From Nemertoderma westbladi (lineage: Eukaryota; Animalia; Xenacoelomorpha), in the NCBI GenBank assembly GCA_032718475.1, contig JAUCBJ010005375.1:1-59373 (forward strand): a stretch of 59,373 bases of DNA, read 5' to 3'. A program made the position numbers and the translations under genes. Shown in pieces: positions 12,589-25,132 of the stretch. Below the pieces are notes generated by a model that saw nothing but the letters and a program-made list of their open reading frames with translations, was not told where the DNA came from and ran no database searches. The first letter of the stretch is position 1. Each line of letters starts with the position of its first letter.

Positions 12589-13773
12589 TGTAAAGGCTTT
12601 TGCGGATCTAGCTAGTCATTTTTCCCGCAAAGTACTCTGTAGGTGTTTTAGCGGACATAAAAAGCCGTTTTCTTACTGTGTAGGTGTTTTAGTGGACATA
12701 AAAAGCCATTTTTCTGTATGTGTACTTTAGCGGACATAACTAGCGATTTTATGCCGCAATACGCCAAAATACTCTTAATACAGTGTAGTTCAGATGACGA
12801 CATCTATCAGCTGATATGTCCACGTAGAGCTTTTCTTTGTTCTTTGTTCGGCTCGACCAATCAGAGCGATTTTCATTTTATTTGCACAGAAGCCTCTGGG
12901 AAATCGCGCAATGCATTATGGTCTTTGTTTACCTTTTTTCCTGAGCCCAGAACATTGGCTGTGGAATTATTCTGTGTTTCAGACTTTAGCCAAACATTAG
13001 AACGGCTTTGATCATAGAAACGTATAACTGTTATCATACTTGTCACATATTGTCATACCTATCATATCATACTATACATACCTTTCACCGCATTATTTTA
13101 CTGCTATTTACTGTCGGTTATTAATTGTTATCAGTTGATGGAATGTTGTTATATTTGGAGAATATCGATAAATAATCATCAAACCCCAATCTTCTTGATA
13201 TACTGAAGGTTAGAGAGACCGGTTACATATAGCAATTGCGACTTACATTATAGTGGTTTTGGAGTGAATTGAATGCTATTTTATAGACCCTACATGTGTC
13301 AGTTGCTGTTCTCCTTATATATGATTAAAATTAGTGAAGGTCGGCAGATCAGTGTGCAGCAGTGTGAGGTAGTGTGTATGAGTGTGACAGATAACAAAGC
13401 ATTTCCTAAAGAACGCGCCTTATACGTAAATCAATAGCCATCCCGTTGTGTTTAGTGTAAGTCATAACTCTGTTTACATACTTAGAGTGCCACGTCCTAA
13501 AGGAACTGTTAATATTTCCCGAAAGTGAATAATATTTGTCAGTGATATTATAGTAACGATCAATCGAATAATACAGTAGGTCTACACCGCAATAAGGTCA
13601 GAGCATCCGAATCCAGTCTCCCTTAACCGTGGGTGAATGATCGCGCATAGGCTGGCTTCGGCTAATGTAACTTTATGTGTATCAAATACTTGTTATAGGC
13701 TAAAGTCGATTTATAACCTAGAAGACACCTAAAATTGGCAGGTTAAGCTGCTAAAGGTCTAAAAGCGCGAACA
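12589..13773 (+). repeat. 5' LTR (1185 bp)
   Basis: TGTAAAGG...GCGAACA. Differs from the 3' LTR by about 13 substitutions and 2 single-base indels (counted by eye). Short tandem repeats at about 12638-12740 and a CCAAT box near 12857. Confidence 0.95.
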
Positions 13774-15688
13774 ATAACAGTTATAGCTTCTTTATTGCAA
13801 CGTAGGCAATAAAGCTGAATGTACCGGTCGACCGGTAACCAGTAGGCCTAACTACCTAACCACCCGAACCGGTACTTACAGCAGTACAGGTACATCAGTA
13901 TTATTTCGATTGTGATATTGTATATTGGTAGGCTGTTTAAGAGATTAGGGACTGTACACCCCTTGTTTCTTTTGGAGCTTATTTATTTCTGTCAGTTTTA
14001 TTTATTTGTAAGTTAATATTGAGCAGAAGGCGTGTAAACCCGCTCAAATTGTACAAATAATTTGTAGGCTGGATTGTTGTCTGGCTGTTGTCAGGTCTGA
14101 AGAGATTGCAGTGTGTGTAGAGTGTATGTCCGATAAAGTACTAGTTAGGAACGTGGGGGCATCCAGTGCTGTAAGGTAAATCCCCCCCCCGAAAGAATAA
14201 GTCGTACTACTCGGTTAGAACGCATACTAACTAACCATTTCGGAGTCTGCATATACTGTAGTTTATTTAGGCTTGATAGTAGTCTGCCAGGATTTGGTTT
14301 GTATTTTGTTTGTGTAGTCTGTACGGGTAGCGTAATATTTATTATTCAGAGTTTATGCGATTATTCGCAACATACATACCCGCCCCAAGTTTATTCCTAC
14401 AGTAATTGTGCTTGTTATACATACCGTTATAGTTAAATTAACCCCGGTACTACATCAGGGCTGTTCGGCGTAGGTAAAGACTGGTGATTTTATGCTCTGG
14501 TCACTCCGGCAGATACCGTGGTTCTTTTAGCTGTACAAGTATTTTTAACTGCTGGTTATTTGTTGTATAAGTACTTGTACCTAATTTAGGGTTTAGTGTA
14601 CAGTGCTTTCCGAAGGTAATTAGTGTGTAGGCAGTATATTTGTGTTGTAAAGTGGTTAATAGGCACGTTAGCTATAGTAGGCTGCGGTAATTAACTTCTA
14701 GGTAGGAATACTCCAGGTACATAACGTAGTACTTATAGCGCTACGGCTATAAGTCGTCAGATGGTGGTATTTTTCCTATCTAGACAACGCAATATATTTA
14801 CTACTGCTTTATTATTTTCAAATACCGAAGTATCCTGTCCGTTTGTAATAACCAGAAATTCTAACCCCTTGTTAGGCTGGTTTGTAGATTTCTTGTAAAA
14901 TTACCCCTAAAATTTGTACGTGTAAATTTTTGTGTTTATTTAGAGATTGTAATCTCACCCCGCAATTGTGCGTAATTTGTAGTAATAAGTAACTTAGGCA
15001 AGTAGAATTATGTGTTTTAGTGTCCAACAAGTAGCACTTCACTGAGAGCGTATAGCTTCTGTGTAGTGACTCCTTCCCAGAAATAATAACATTTATTTCA
15101 AACATTGACAAAAACCCATTATACGGGTATATATATATTATAAATCAACTCAAACCGATTTATAAAACAGTAGGCCTGTCATACATCAATTAGGTCTTAA
15201 TATCAGTCGGACTACTGCTTAAATAACGGTAATAAAGTAAAGTAAAGTAACCAAGTAACCCCTAAAATTCAGAAATTCAATTATTCTAAAATAATTGACA
15301 TACAGGTATTTACAATAGGCTTATTATATTTATTTGTATAAATTTAAGCTGAAATTATATACCGGTATTCTGTAATTAATTCTAGTTTATAATTATACTT
15401 ATATATTATAAGTGTAAGTTGTATACCGGTATTCACGATAGGCTTATTATATATTTATATATATTTGCGCTGAAATTATATACCGGTATTCTGTGACAAA
15501 CCTAGTCTGTAATAATACTTATATATATAATATAAGTGTATACTGGTATTCTAATATATTGTGTATATATATCGCGTTACATAGAGTAACGATATCGGTA
15601 ATTAATTACTAGGCTAACAGTGATACTGAATTACTAGACTTGCTTTAACTGTAATTATAGCAGTAGGCATTCAACTGTATAAACAAAC

Positions 15689-18600
15689 ATGTCTGACACA
15701 AAGCAAAACCTGTCAGACAGTCTCCTAGATACAACCATCTGTGACCCAGATAGGAGTGCTGAACGTTTGAGACCGAAGTTCAACTCACCTCCTACTGTAA
15801 GAAAGGTCACCCCTCCAGTAGTAATATCAGACCCTAGGCTAGTCCAACACCGTATGTCTATCATAGGCACTCGGGCTCAAGTCAAGTGGGACCAAGAAGC
15901 AGCTGTTAAACAGCAGCAACCCTCGAGCCGAGAACTTATTTCTCAGCGGCCCGATAGCTCCAGTAGTTCAGATGCTGTAGAGTTGACACCCGAGCGCGGA
16001 GCAAAGATGGCAGATGCGGTTTATTCGGATCCCCTTCTCATTCTTCCTGCAGCCGTACTCACTAGGGTATTGATTGCGGTGGAGGAACACCAAATTGATT
16101 GGGCGAGAAGTAAGCGATCGACCAAGGACAGTTATGCGGGATACACAAGGGAGGAACTGAAGTCTATTGTCGAGACGCAATGGAACTTCCCCGGACCCGG
16201 ACTCCCGTTTAACTTATCGGAAGCTGCCTGGGAGGACTTATACAGGATGGGAGTGACAAAAGACACTAATGATCCAGCTGTGTGGAAGAGGTCAGCAGCA
16301 GGATATGTACAGGGATTCTTCAGTTCTTTGGAGCGATTAGAGGAACAACTGTTTCGACAACCCCAAGGACCTCAAGAGCAGGGAGAGCTGCTTTATCAAG
16401 TTAGAGAAAGAATTCTAAGAATCAGACTAATCCTATCGGCCTTTGAGGAGGCTTCGAAAAGAAGACAAGACACGTCATTGCAAGTTGCCGTAAAGACTTG
16501 GTTCCAGCGGGTGGGTCTCAAGGTTCAAGGAATGGCCCAGTGGAAATCTCAGCTGGCTGAGCGCTCAACCCATGGAGAATCAACAGACGCTACCTTTTCT
16601 CAAGTGGAAAGCGAAGCGACAGCAGAGAAACCGCAGAAGAAGGATGCTATTGACATCTATCTGTCAGACTATCAACGATTTCTAGGTGATGAAGAGTTGA
16701 GGAGAAGGCTGGCTGGACTTCGTCCTAATAGTGAAGGAGCCAAGTTTGTGTTGGACGCAATAGATGCGGAAATGTTAGCTGCGAACCAAGCTAAATTTGA
16801 TGAAAGACTCCGCATCGCTAGGGTCCAAGAAGAACAGGTAAAGAAAAAACGTATAGAAGACAGAAAGACAGCAGCAGCGGCAGCGGCAGAAGTTGAAAGA
16901 AAAGCGGCAGCGGCAGCGGCAGTGGCAGCGGCAGAAGCGGAAAGAAAAGCGGCAGTGGCAGCGGCAGAAGCGGAAAGAAAAGCGGCAGAGGCAGTGGCAG
17001 AAGCAGAACGGAGAGCGTCTGAAGAGACCACCCAACTAGAGTTGGAAAATCTTCAAGAGAAGCAAGACTGCATAAATAAACAGTTAACAGCTAGTCGAAT
17101 GCAGATGATAAGTCGATCTACTCCCAAAAGGCAGGGATTTACATCATCTGATGAAGGCGATACCACCGATCCTGAAGGAGGAGGAAATAGATCTCGTCTA
17201 AGCAGGTGTAGAAGAATGCCCCACCGTCAGAAATTGCCTGATTTGCCCCCAGCTGTTAGAAGGCAACTAGCTAGCACAGACTTAGGTAGTACAGAACCCA
17301 CAGACCAAATTATTAGAGTAGAAAGACTCCCTACTATAGTAGATGAGCCTGAAATAATTAGGCCTATTCTCGAAGCCACCCCTTCGGTGATAGAGACACC
17401 TGTACTCCCAGAACCTACCTCTAAATTCCCTTTGCACAGCACTAAACTACCTGTGCCCAGCAGAACAGCCCCTGAGACAGTTCCTGTCCTGGACTCCGAG
17501 CGAAATATCAATGATTTGTCGCCCGTTGTCCCTCGTCTACCCGCTACTATGTTGGCGGCTCCCGCTTCGGCAGTCGAGTGGGTGGATGAGAGACGGAGGG
17601 GGATGGATCTCCTGCTCGGGCAGATGCAGGAGACTGTTCAACAGTTCAAGGGAACAGTAAGGGAAAGTAGGTTAGAGTTGCAAGAAGTGCAGCAGAATAT
17701 CGCGTTAGAACGCGATAAATTAGTAAATATACAAAAGGGTATACCACCACCCCCTGTAACAATGTGTCAACCTGTTAGGTCTGAAGTATTTCATGCGCAA
17801 GGTGTGGAGCCTACACGCATCTATACTGCTAGTGAAGTAGAAACTCCTATAGTAAACCCTATTAAGGGTAATTATAAACCTGTTGACAATGATATTCCAT
17901 ATATACCTGATCATAATCCGAGAAATTTATATACCGATAACTCGATATTAAATAACACGATGGCCCAAGAAAGTTTTACGCGTCAAATGGCTAGAACCGA
18001 AGCCCGTCAAGCGGTAAAAGTGGGAGAGATCGTCAAGTTCAATGGAGATGAGATGAAATGGTTACCTTTTAATGAATATTATAAAGATAACATACAGAAC
18101 TCTGTGCTATCTAATGGAGAGAAACTTAGATTCCTCATCGAGTGCTTGGAAGGATCTCCCAAGTTAATGGCGTTAAAGTTTATTGGACATCCAGATGGAT
18201 TAAGACAAGTTTGGAATACACTAAACATCAGGTATGGTAATAGGAATAACATAGCTAGGTATTTGTATGCGAAATTAATGGCGCCCCGAAAGTTTCTTAG
18301 CAGCGGGATTATAGAGTTTTCCGACGAGATTCAGGAGATCTGTAGACAACTAGATTGGTTAGGTAAGTCTCATGAATACCAGAATTCTATGGTTATTGGA
18401 GCCGTAGCATCTGCTTTGCCAAAGGATAGAGTAGGTACACGCTGGGACAAGAAAGTGTTATATATGATGGAACAACAACGAAGAGATCCTACCATGGCTG
18501 ATCTCATGTCATTCTTAGATGGAGAGGTAAAATTACAGCTCCTAAAGCAGTCCAGAGAGAAGACACCGGAAAATAAGGTAAGTGAGAAACCCGTTTCTAG

Positions 18601-19549
18601 GAGAAAGGTAACACCAGTGTGTTATACAGACGACGGCAAAAGCCAGGCTTCTCAAGAGGAGGACAGCGGGAAAGACACTGAAAGATCTTACTATGTCAAC
18701 AAAGCGCCTAAAGACGTAAGTAAATTTAAGTCTCGAACCAATGACAGGAGAGAACAGGTAAGAAAAACTCCTCCTACGTCTCCTAAGAGAATTCATGGAA
18801 GAAAGCCCGAGGAAAGAACGAGTGTGTACAATGTTACCCCAGGTAAGGTAAGTAACATCAAACCAAAATGTGTACTGTGCGACGGGCCCCACCGTTTGGG
18901 TGTGTGTGATGAGTTCCTGGGGAAGTCCCTAAAAGATAGATGTGAAGTCATGTGGGATAAGCGGTTGTGTTATAATTGCCTCAGACGAGGACACCAACGA
19001 CGAACCTGTTACTCCGACGCAAGGTGTGCTAAGTGCGGCGCGAAACATCATATCTTGTTGCACACTGAATTCGAAAGAAACAGCCCGAGTCAGGTAAGTG
19101 AGTCCGAACTACATGTCCAATTCAGTGATGTGAACGACACTGACCAAAGTTCTGAGATGGAAGGATTCTATACGGATGAATTCTCCGACGAAAACGAATC
19201 CTGTTACTTAATAAACACCGCAGTGTATCGAGCACTTACGTATGAGACAGAAACCGATAGTGAGCTCCCCCTAACTACTCCTGACCGACAACCATCTTGG
19301 AAAGCACCAACTTCCAATGTAGGAATCCGAGAATTTCCCGTAGTGCAGTTGAGAGTCCACGGGCCCGAAAAGAGCTATATAGTGAACGCCCTCCTTGACT
19401 CCGGCAGCACAGGAACATTCATCGACAAAGAACTAGCCGAAGACATCTTTGCTGGACAACCCAAGTTCCGAACTAAGTTGAACATGTCAGGAATTATGCA
19501 GGTTTGGAAATCTACAGTAACTACAGATTACTATGTAGGCGCGTTGTAG
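15689..19549 (+). CDS. BEL/Pao Gag-protease polyprotein (1286 aa)
   Basis: DUF1759-like capsid (KFNGDEMKWLPF..LSNGEKLRFLIECLEG); triple knuckle CVLCDGPHRLGVC / CYNCLRRGHQRRTC / CAKCGAKHHILLH; protease ALLDSGSTGTFI; long Ala/Glu coiled-coil N-terminal region. Confidence 0.92.
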   Translation: MSDTKQNLSDSLLDTTICDPDRSAERLRPKFNSPPTVRKVTPPVVISDPRLVQHRMSIIGTRAQVKWDQEAAVKQQQPSSRELISQRPDSSSSSDAVELTPERGAKMADAVYSDPLLILPAAVLTRVLIAVEEHQIDWARSKRSTKDSYAGYTREELKSIVETQWNFPGPGLPFNLSEAAWEDLYRMGVTKDTNDPAVWKRSAAGYVQGFFSSLERLEEQLFRQPQGPQEQGELLYQVRERILRIRLILSAFEEASKRRQDTSLQVAVKTWFQRVGLKVQGMAQWKSQLAERSTHGESTDATFSQVESEATAEKPQKKDAIDIYLSDYQRFLGDEELRRRLAGLRPNSEGAKFVLDAIDAEMLAANQAKFDERLRIARVQEEQVKKKRIEDRKTAAAAAAEVERKAAAAAAVAAAEAERKAAVAAAEAERKAAEAVAEAERRASEETTQLELENLQEKQDCINKQLTASRMQMISRSTPKRQGFTSSDEGDTTDPEGGGNRSRLSRCRRMPHRQKLPDLPPAVRRQLASTDLGSTEPTDQIIRVERLPTIVDEPEIIRPILEATPSVIETPVLPEPTSKFPLHSTKLPVPSRTAPETVPVLDSERNINDLSPVVPRLPATMLAAPASAVEWVDERRRGMDLLLGQMQETVQQFKGTVRESRLELQEVQQNIALERDKLVNIQKGIPPPPVTMCQPVRSEVFHAQGVEPTRIYTASEVETPIVNPIKGNYKPVDNDIPYIPDHNPRNLYTDNSILNNTMAQESFTRQMARTEARQAVKVGEIVKFNGDEMKWLPFNEYYKDNIQNSVLSNGEKLRFLIECLEGSPKLMALKFIGHPDGLRQVWNTLNIRYGNRNNIARYLYAKLMAPRKFLSSGIIEFSDEIQEICRQLDWLGKSHEYQNSMVIGAVASALPKDRVGTRWDKKVLYMMEQQRRDPTMADLMSFLDGEVKLQLLKQSREKTPENKVSEKPVSRRKVTPVCYTDDGKSQASQEEDSGKDTERSYYVNKAPKDVSKFKSRTNDRREQVRKTPPTSPKRIHGRKPEERTSVYNVTPGKVSNIKPKCVLCDGPHRLGVCDEFLGKSLKDRCEVMWDKRLCYNCLRRGHQRRTCYSDARCAKCGAKHHILLHTEFERNSPSQVSESELHVQFSDVNDTDQSSEMEGFYTDEFSDENESCYLINTAVYRALTYETETDSELPLTTPDRQPSWKAPTSNVGIREFPVVQLRVHGPEKSYIVNALLDSGSTGTFIDKELAEDIFAGQPKFRTKLNMSGIMQVWKSTVTTDYYVGAL

Positions 19550-19604
19550 GCCAGGTTATGTAGGCCAGGATGAACTAGGAGAATACAGTATAAGGTCAGT
19601 AAAA

Positions 19605-20621
19605 ATGGTGGCGATAAAGAACTTCGCTACCAGCCAAGTGGAACCTTATAACTGGGATGAGGACTATTTCACCCAGCAGCATAAGATACCTAGATTCAAC
19701 ACAGACTACCCTGGAGTGCAAATACTCATCGGCCAAAATGCGCATGAGGCGCTTGAGACATTGGAGAAACAGCCTGCTCAACCGCAACCACTGCAAACCT
19801 ATGCGGGAAGAACAAGAGTAGGTTGGTACCTCACTGGACCTTCCCGTAGGACACTCATGGAAAGGCTACCCAAAGATCAGGTCCATCAGGAGAGTGAATG
19901 GGAAGAAGACATCAGTGAGGGAGAGACGACCACAACTGAGGGAACACCATACTCCTCAGATAATGACGATATTAATTCTAATGTAGATCAATGGAGACAT
20001 TGCCCCGAGACGATTAATCTAGCCGACATCGCTTCCAGAGGAGCAACTCCTCAAGAACTGACAGATACTCCAGACTGGTTAGGTGGACCCGACTTCCTAA
20101 GTAAAGAAGATGAATGGCCTCCCCATCTTACCACGGCTGAGATTAGACAAGCCAAGAGAGCGGAGAAAGTCAAACCTAAAACCCGGACGAGTAAATCAAG
20201 GTTATTTAAACCCGTGATAGATCTGTCTGTACTACACATTGCCAGGGACGATGCTGTGGATCTAAACTCCCCCACCGCGAACAGATCTGTTGTGGAGAAC
20301 AGAGAGAGAGACTGGAGATCTGGAACACCAGACGTCTCGCAGGGACTCTCACCTCTCCTGCCGGGAGCGATGGACCACTATAGCTCCTGGAATCGGCTTT
20401 GTAAGGCCGTCGTGTATTTGAAGCGATGTTTCTATCGTCACTATTCCAGGACGAAGAGGAAACCTGGAATTATATTCGAAACACAACAACTCAATCGCCC
20501 AGTTGGTCGTTTATGTTTACTGGAAAGAGACCGAGAACTGTCCGGAAACTATGGAAGGCAAGATACTCTTCCCACGACCACCTCCCTAATACAACCAACA
20601 TCCAGGGACTCCCCAACGTGA
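19605..20621 (+). pseudogene. Pol remnant: protease C-terminal part joined to the RNase H C-terminal tail; no RT core or integrase
   Basis: ILIGQN..RTRVGWYLTGP (BEL post-protease motif), then QWRHCPETINLADIASRG..WLGGPDFL (BEL RNase H end) and YSSWNRLCKAVVYLKR. No YxDD or HHCC/DDE motif seen. Confidence 0.8.
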
Positions 20622-22324
20622 CAGCGTCTGGAGTGGGTGTGTGACTATATTATTTCATATATTTTTATTATTTTATATTTATGTATGTATTATTATGTAA
20701 TTTTATTATAATCGTTTTCTTTAATTTTATTTAGTAGAATGTTATTTTAGCGATTATCTAGTAGATTAGTGCAATATATATTAGTCTTATTACTTAATTA
20801 CTTATATATTATATATTTGGTGCGACGGCGAGAAATAATTATTTTTCTCTTTCCTTACTGTCCGTATCATATTATAAATACGTGACTACAGTAAGATGAA
20901 ATATCCATACTTATTAAAGTACAATAAAGCTCCTACTATATTCAAGTATTATTGGTAAGTAGAGTATTAGGAATGCAAAGTTCAGATCCTCGTGTCTCGG
21001 CTAAACCAAGCTCTGGGTAGACCTTGGAAACGACTTGCCTCTTCTCACTGACATTGCTTCTTGCGATATTGCTCTCATACCGTATATTAAATAATACATA
21101 TAGTAGCGTGATGTCCCTTTAACAGTAGCGTAAAACGCAAAATAAATCTGTTAAACCCTTTGACCATCTGTAATTCTAGTCAATTAAGATATCGCGGCAC
21201 CCACCGATATACTTGAAAGACAAAATTCTAGAATCAGTGGTTAACGTCCCCAGACAAGTTCTGGAATAAACCGGTGCCCATCTTAAATATTAAACATTAA
21301 TATTTATAAAAATCTGTCAAACAGATGCAATAGAGTAATTACTTACAAGTTAACTCTAGAAAATCTACAAATTAAAATCTGTGAAATTTTAGATCCTTTA
21401 AAATTTTAGTCTACTAAGATATCGTAGCACTTACCGATACTCTTAAAAGGACAAATTTCCTAGAATTAAGGATCCTAATCCCCAGACATGCTCTGGAATA
21501 AAATTATGTCTATTTTAATATTAAATAATAAAATTTAAGGGAATAAATTTAAATTAATCTCTTTTAATGAATTTGATAAATTGTCATTTTATACAATTTA
21601 TAATATTCCCAAAATTCCATTAATTAATAAATCATGGGAGCGGAGATTCACCCTATTAAGTGTATTAGTGTGCGAGAATCTCCAATATATAGTCAATAGC
21701 CGATAAAATTCATAAAATCATGTATAAAGAGGAATATTGACAATTAAAGAATTACTATTAAATAGCATCCCAGATCTGTATGCATGAGAATTACCCTAAT
21801 TCTACTGCTAGCTTTCCATAATGTCACCATGGCAACAACCACGCTAGAATTAGAAGTGAGTTAAAAGAACAATAAAGGCTTGCCCCATTGAATAGCATAA
21901 GGAATAAATAGCACACTGCTAGTATCCAAGGATACCCAATAATAACGTGGCATTCTGGAAGGCACTTGACTAACGGACAAATGGCCCGAATGTGTGCGGT
22001 TTGTGACAGTTGTGTGGAATTTGTGCGTTTATAGGTGAATGTTACTACTACAGTGTGTTTACAGTAGCGAGTCGCAATTGTGAAAGTAGCCCTAACTCTG
22101 CAGTAAGAACCTGAAGTAAATCTTAGCCCTTGGGATGGACAGTGGAGTGACTCGCGCTGGTTGTTATTGTCGTTGTGCAGCTACTATGTTGGCGATAGGC
22201 ACAGCGGCGACAGTACATCAGCGCTGAGGATCTTGCGCTGTCCGGGGGCCATGAGGGGTAGGCAGCGATGCCCGCTAGCCTAATTATAAACTCATTATGA
22301 TATTGATAAACTCATATAGCAGCT

Positions 22325-23869
22325 ATGACTGAGTTGATAGAAGATGATCTTGGTATCAGGGAGCGATATACTCTACCTTTACAAGCGTTTGTTGATAGCT
22401 TGATACGCGGCGACGCTAGTCCAACTACTACGGAGGACGATGGTCGTTATATCGAACCGCCGATGTCCCAGGAGCAACTTACGCGTGAATTGGACTATAG
22501 AAAATTCACCGCTCACTATACGCATCGTAATGATACGTATATGGACTTCTTAACTACTGGCCATCCTATCGATTTACACGATACGGACGATGTAGACACC
22601 GAAAGGGAAATGGTTTTATTTAAATATCATACCCAGCGGAGTCGGAACGATAAACCGAGAATAGAACACGAGAACTATATTCGAAACCGACTCGAAAGAG
22701 AAGACGTTAAAGAACCGGATAAATGCAGTGACTCCAACGTATATTTGGAATTCTTGAGAGAAACATTGTAAAACCGAATAAATATCACCCGCGTTTCCCC
22801 TACAAGACGTGCGTCTTTGGTATTATTGCGATGAATGCCCAAGACCCAACCAACCAACAGAAAGACATAAACATCCGCGGAGACGTTGCTTTAAACACGG
22901 TTTTACTCGCTATATTTATGGGAGTTTCGAGCGAAACTTGTTCAATGTATCACCTACGCTCGTTCGATTCAACCGATCCTTAAATAAACCTATGATCAGA
23001 GTTCTGGAATACTCCGTCAGACCTCATCCTTCCCTAGTTAGACCTCAGACTCTTGATCCTAATAGTATCACAGATCCTCCCGAACTGTACTCACTGTTCA
23101 AAGATCTAGTGTTACCCGAACAGTTAGTCGGTGGCACTCCGGTTGTGGGCTCCCTAGATATTGGCCCATCTTACCTAGCCGGATTGGGACGCGGACATCT
23201 AATATCGCCATTCAACCGTATCATCGTCCCGGTTTAACCCGATACAACCTGTCACCGAGGAGGAGGAGAGAGTTGTACGAAACGCGTTGGACACTATTCG
23301 TCAAAAGATCAGAAAGGGAACCTACAATTGTTTAGAGAAACGTAAATTGCAGCAGCAAGTCCAAGCGGTAAACGAATTAGCTTTATCTCAGTTCGATCAG
23401 GAAATCCAGAATCTCTAAGAAGATATCGAACTTGAGCGACCCTACTCTCTAAAAGAGTTTTAGACGAATGCTTCCAACGACAAGCGGAGGAAAATCAGCT
23501 CGAGGAGAAGCATATCGATTCCTATAGAGCCCGAGAACGCGAGTTGAAAAGAATCATCAAACCGAGGAAATTCTCACTACTCACGGTCCACCTACCGCTA
23601 TCGTTCAGACGACTCGTCAGGGACCATTAGGAGCTGCTGTCCTAAAACGCGCTCTAAAGGCCGTTAGACCTCACTCCACTGAGGTCGATCAACCAGGTAC
23701 CTCGACCGGCGGATACACCGACCGTAATCCTAAACCTTCCGATGCAATTGTATTGCACCCTTCACCCAGGAGTTATAGCCCTCCTAGTAAAGTGGCTCGC
23801 CCCAAAGAGAAAAGGACTCTTACTAGCCTCAAAAAACTGCGTAAATGCTGTCCGCGCAAGAAAGACTAA
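22325..23869 (+). pseudogene. Degenerate accessory ORF(s) of unknown function in the 3' (env) position of the LTR element
   Basis: Consecutive open frames 22325-22771, 22809-23237 and 23528-23869 (ending KKLRKCCPRKKD-stop), separated by stops or frameshifts; less AT-rich than the flanks. Confidence 0.5.
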
Positions 23870-23947
23870 CTGTTTAGAGTATTTTTATATTTTAGAAACT
23901 GTGATTTTTTATATTTTATAGAATTAAATCCCATTTTCTGGGAGCGG

Positions 23948-25132
23948 TGTAAAGGCTTTTTGCGGATCTAGCTAGTCATTTTTCCCGCAAAGTACTCTGT
24001 AGGTGTTTTAGCGGACATAAAAAGCCGTTTTCTTACTGTGTAGGTGTTTTAGTGGACATAAAAAGCCATTTTTCTGTATGTGTACTTTAGCGGACATAAC
24101 TAGCGATTTTATGCCGCAATACGCCAAAATACTCTTAATACAGTGTAGTTCAGATGACGACATCTATCAGCTGATATGTCCACGTAGAGCTTTTTTTTGT
24201 TCTTTGTTCGGCTCGACCAATCAGAGCGATTTTCATTTTATTTGCACAGAAGCCTCCGGGAAATCGCGCAATGCATTATGGTCTCTGTTTACCTTTTTTC
24301 CTGAGCCCAGAACATCGGCTGTGGAATTATTCTGTGTTTCAGACTTTAGCCAAACATTAGAACGGCTTTGATCATAGAAACGTATAACTGTTATCATACT
24401 TGTCACATATTGTCATACCTATCATATCATACTATACATACCTTTCACCACATTATTTTACTGCTATTTACTGTCGGTTATTAATTGTTATCAGTTGATG
24501 GAATGTTGTTATATTTGGAGAATATCGATAAATAATCATCAAACCCCAATCTTCTTGATATACTGAAGGTTAGAGAGACCGGTTACATATAGCAATTGCG
24601 ACTTACATTATAGTGGTTTTGGAGTGAATTGAATGCTATTTCATAGACCCTACATGTGTCAGTTGCTGTTCTCCTTATATATGATTAAAATTAGTGAAGG
24701 TCGGCAGATCAGTGTGCAGCAGTGTGAGGTAGTGTGTATGAGTGTGACAGATAACAAAGCATTTCCTAAAGAATGCGCCTTATACGTAAATCAATAGCCA
24801 TCCCGTTGTGTTTAGTGTAAGTCATAACTCTGTTTACATACTTAGAGCGCCACGTCCTACAGGAACTGTTAATATTTCCCGAAAGTGAATAATATTTGTC
24901 AGAGATATTATAGTAACGATCAATCGAATAATACAGTAGGTCTACACCGCAATAAGGTCAGAGCATCCGAATCCAGTCTCCCTTAACCGTGGGTGAATGA
25001 TCGCGCATAGGCTGGCTACGGCTAATGTAACTTATGTGTATCAAATACTTGTTATAGGCTAAAGTCGATTTATAACCTAGAAGACACCTAAATTTGGCAG
25101 GTTAAACTGCTAAAGGTCTAAAAGCGCGAACA
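23948..25132 (+). repeat. 3' LTR (1185 bp)
   Basis: Direct repeat of 12589-13773, preceded by a short purine-rich GGGAGCGG tract and followed by TSD TCCTC. Confidence 0.95.

Larger units (their letters stand above)
12589..25132 (+). mobile_element. BEL/Pao LTR retrotransposon, non-autonomous (RT and integrase missing)
   Basis: TG...CA LTRs at 12589-13773 and 23948-25132; 5-bp TSD TCCTC at 12584-12588 and 25133-25137; BEL-type gag with three Zn knuckles and an aspartic protease. Confidence 0.95.

Noticed and set aside
12718-13011. 97-aa ORF duplicated at 24078-24371
   Set aside because: It lies inside the LTRs, so the duplication reflects LTR identity; no recognisable domain.
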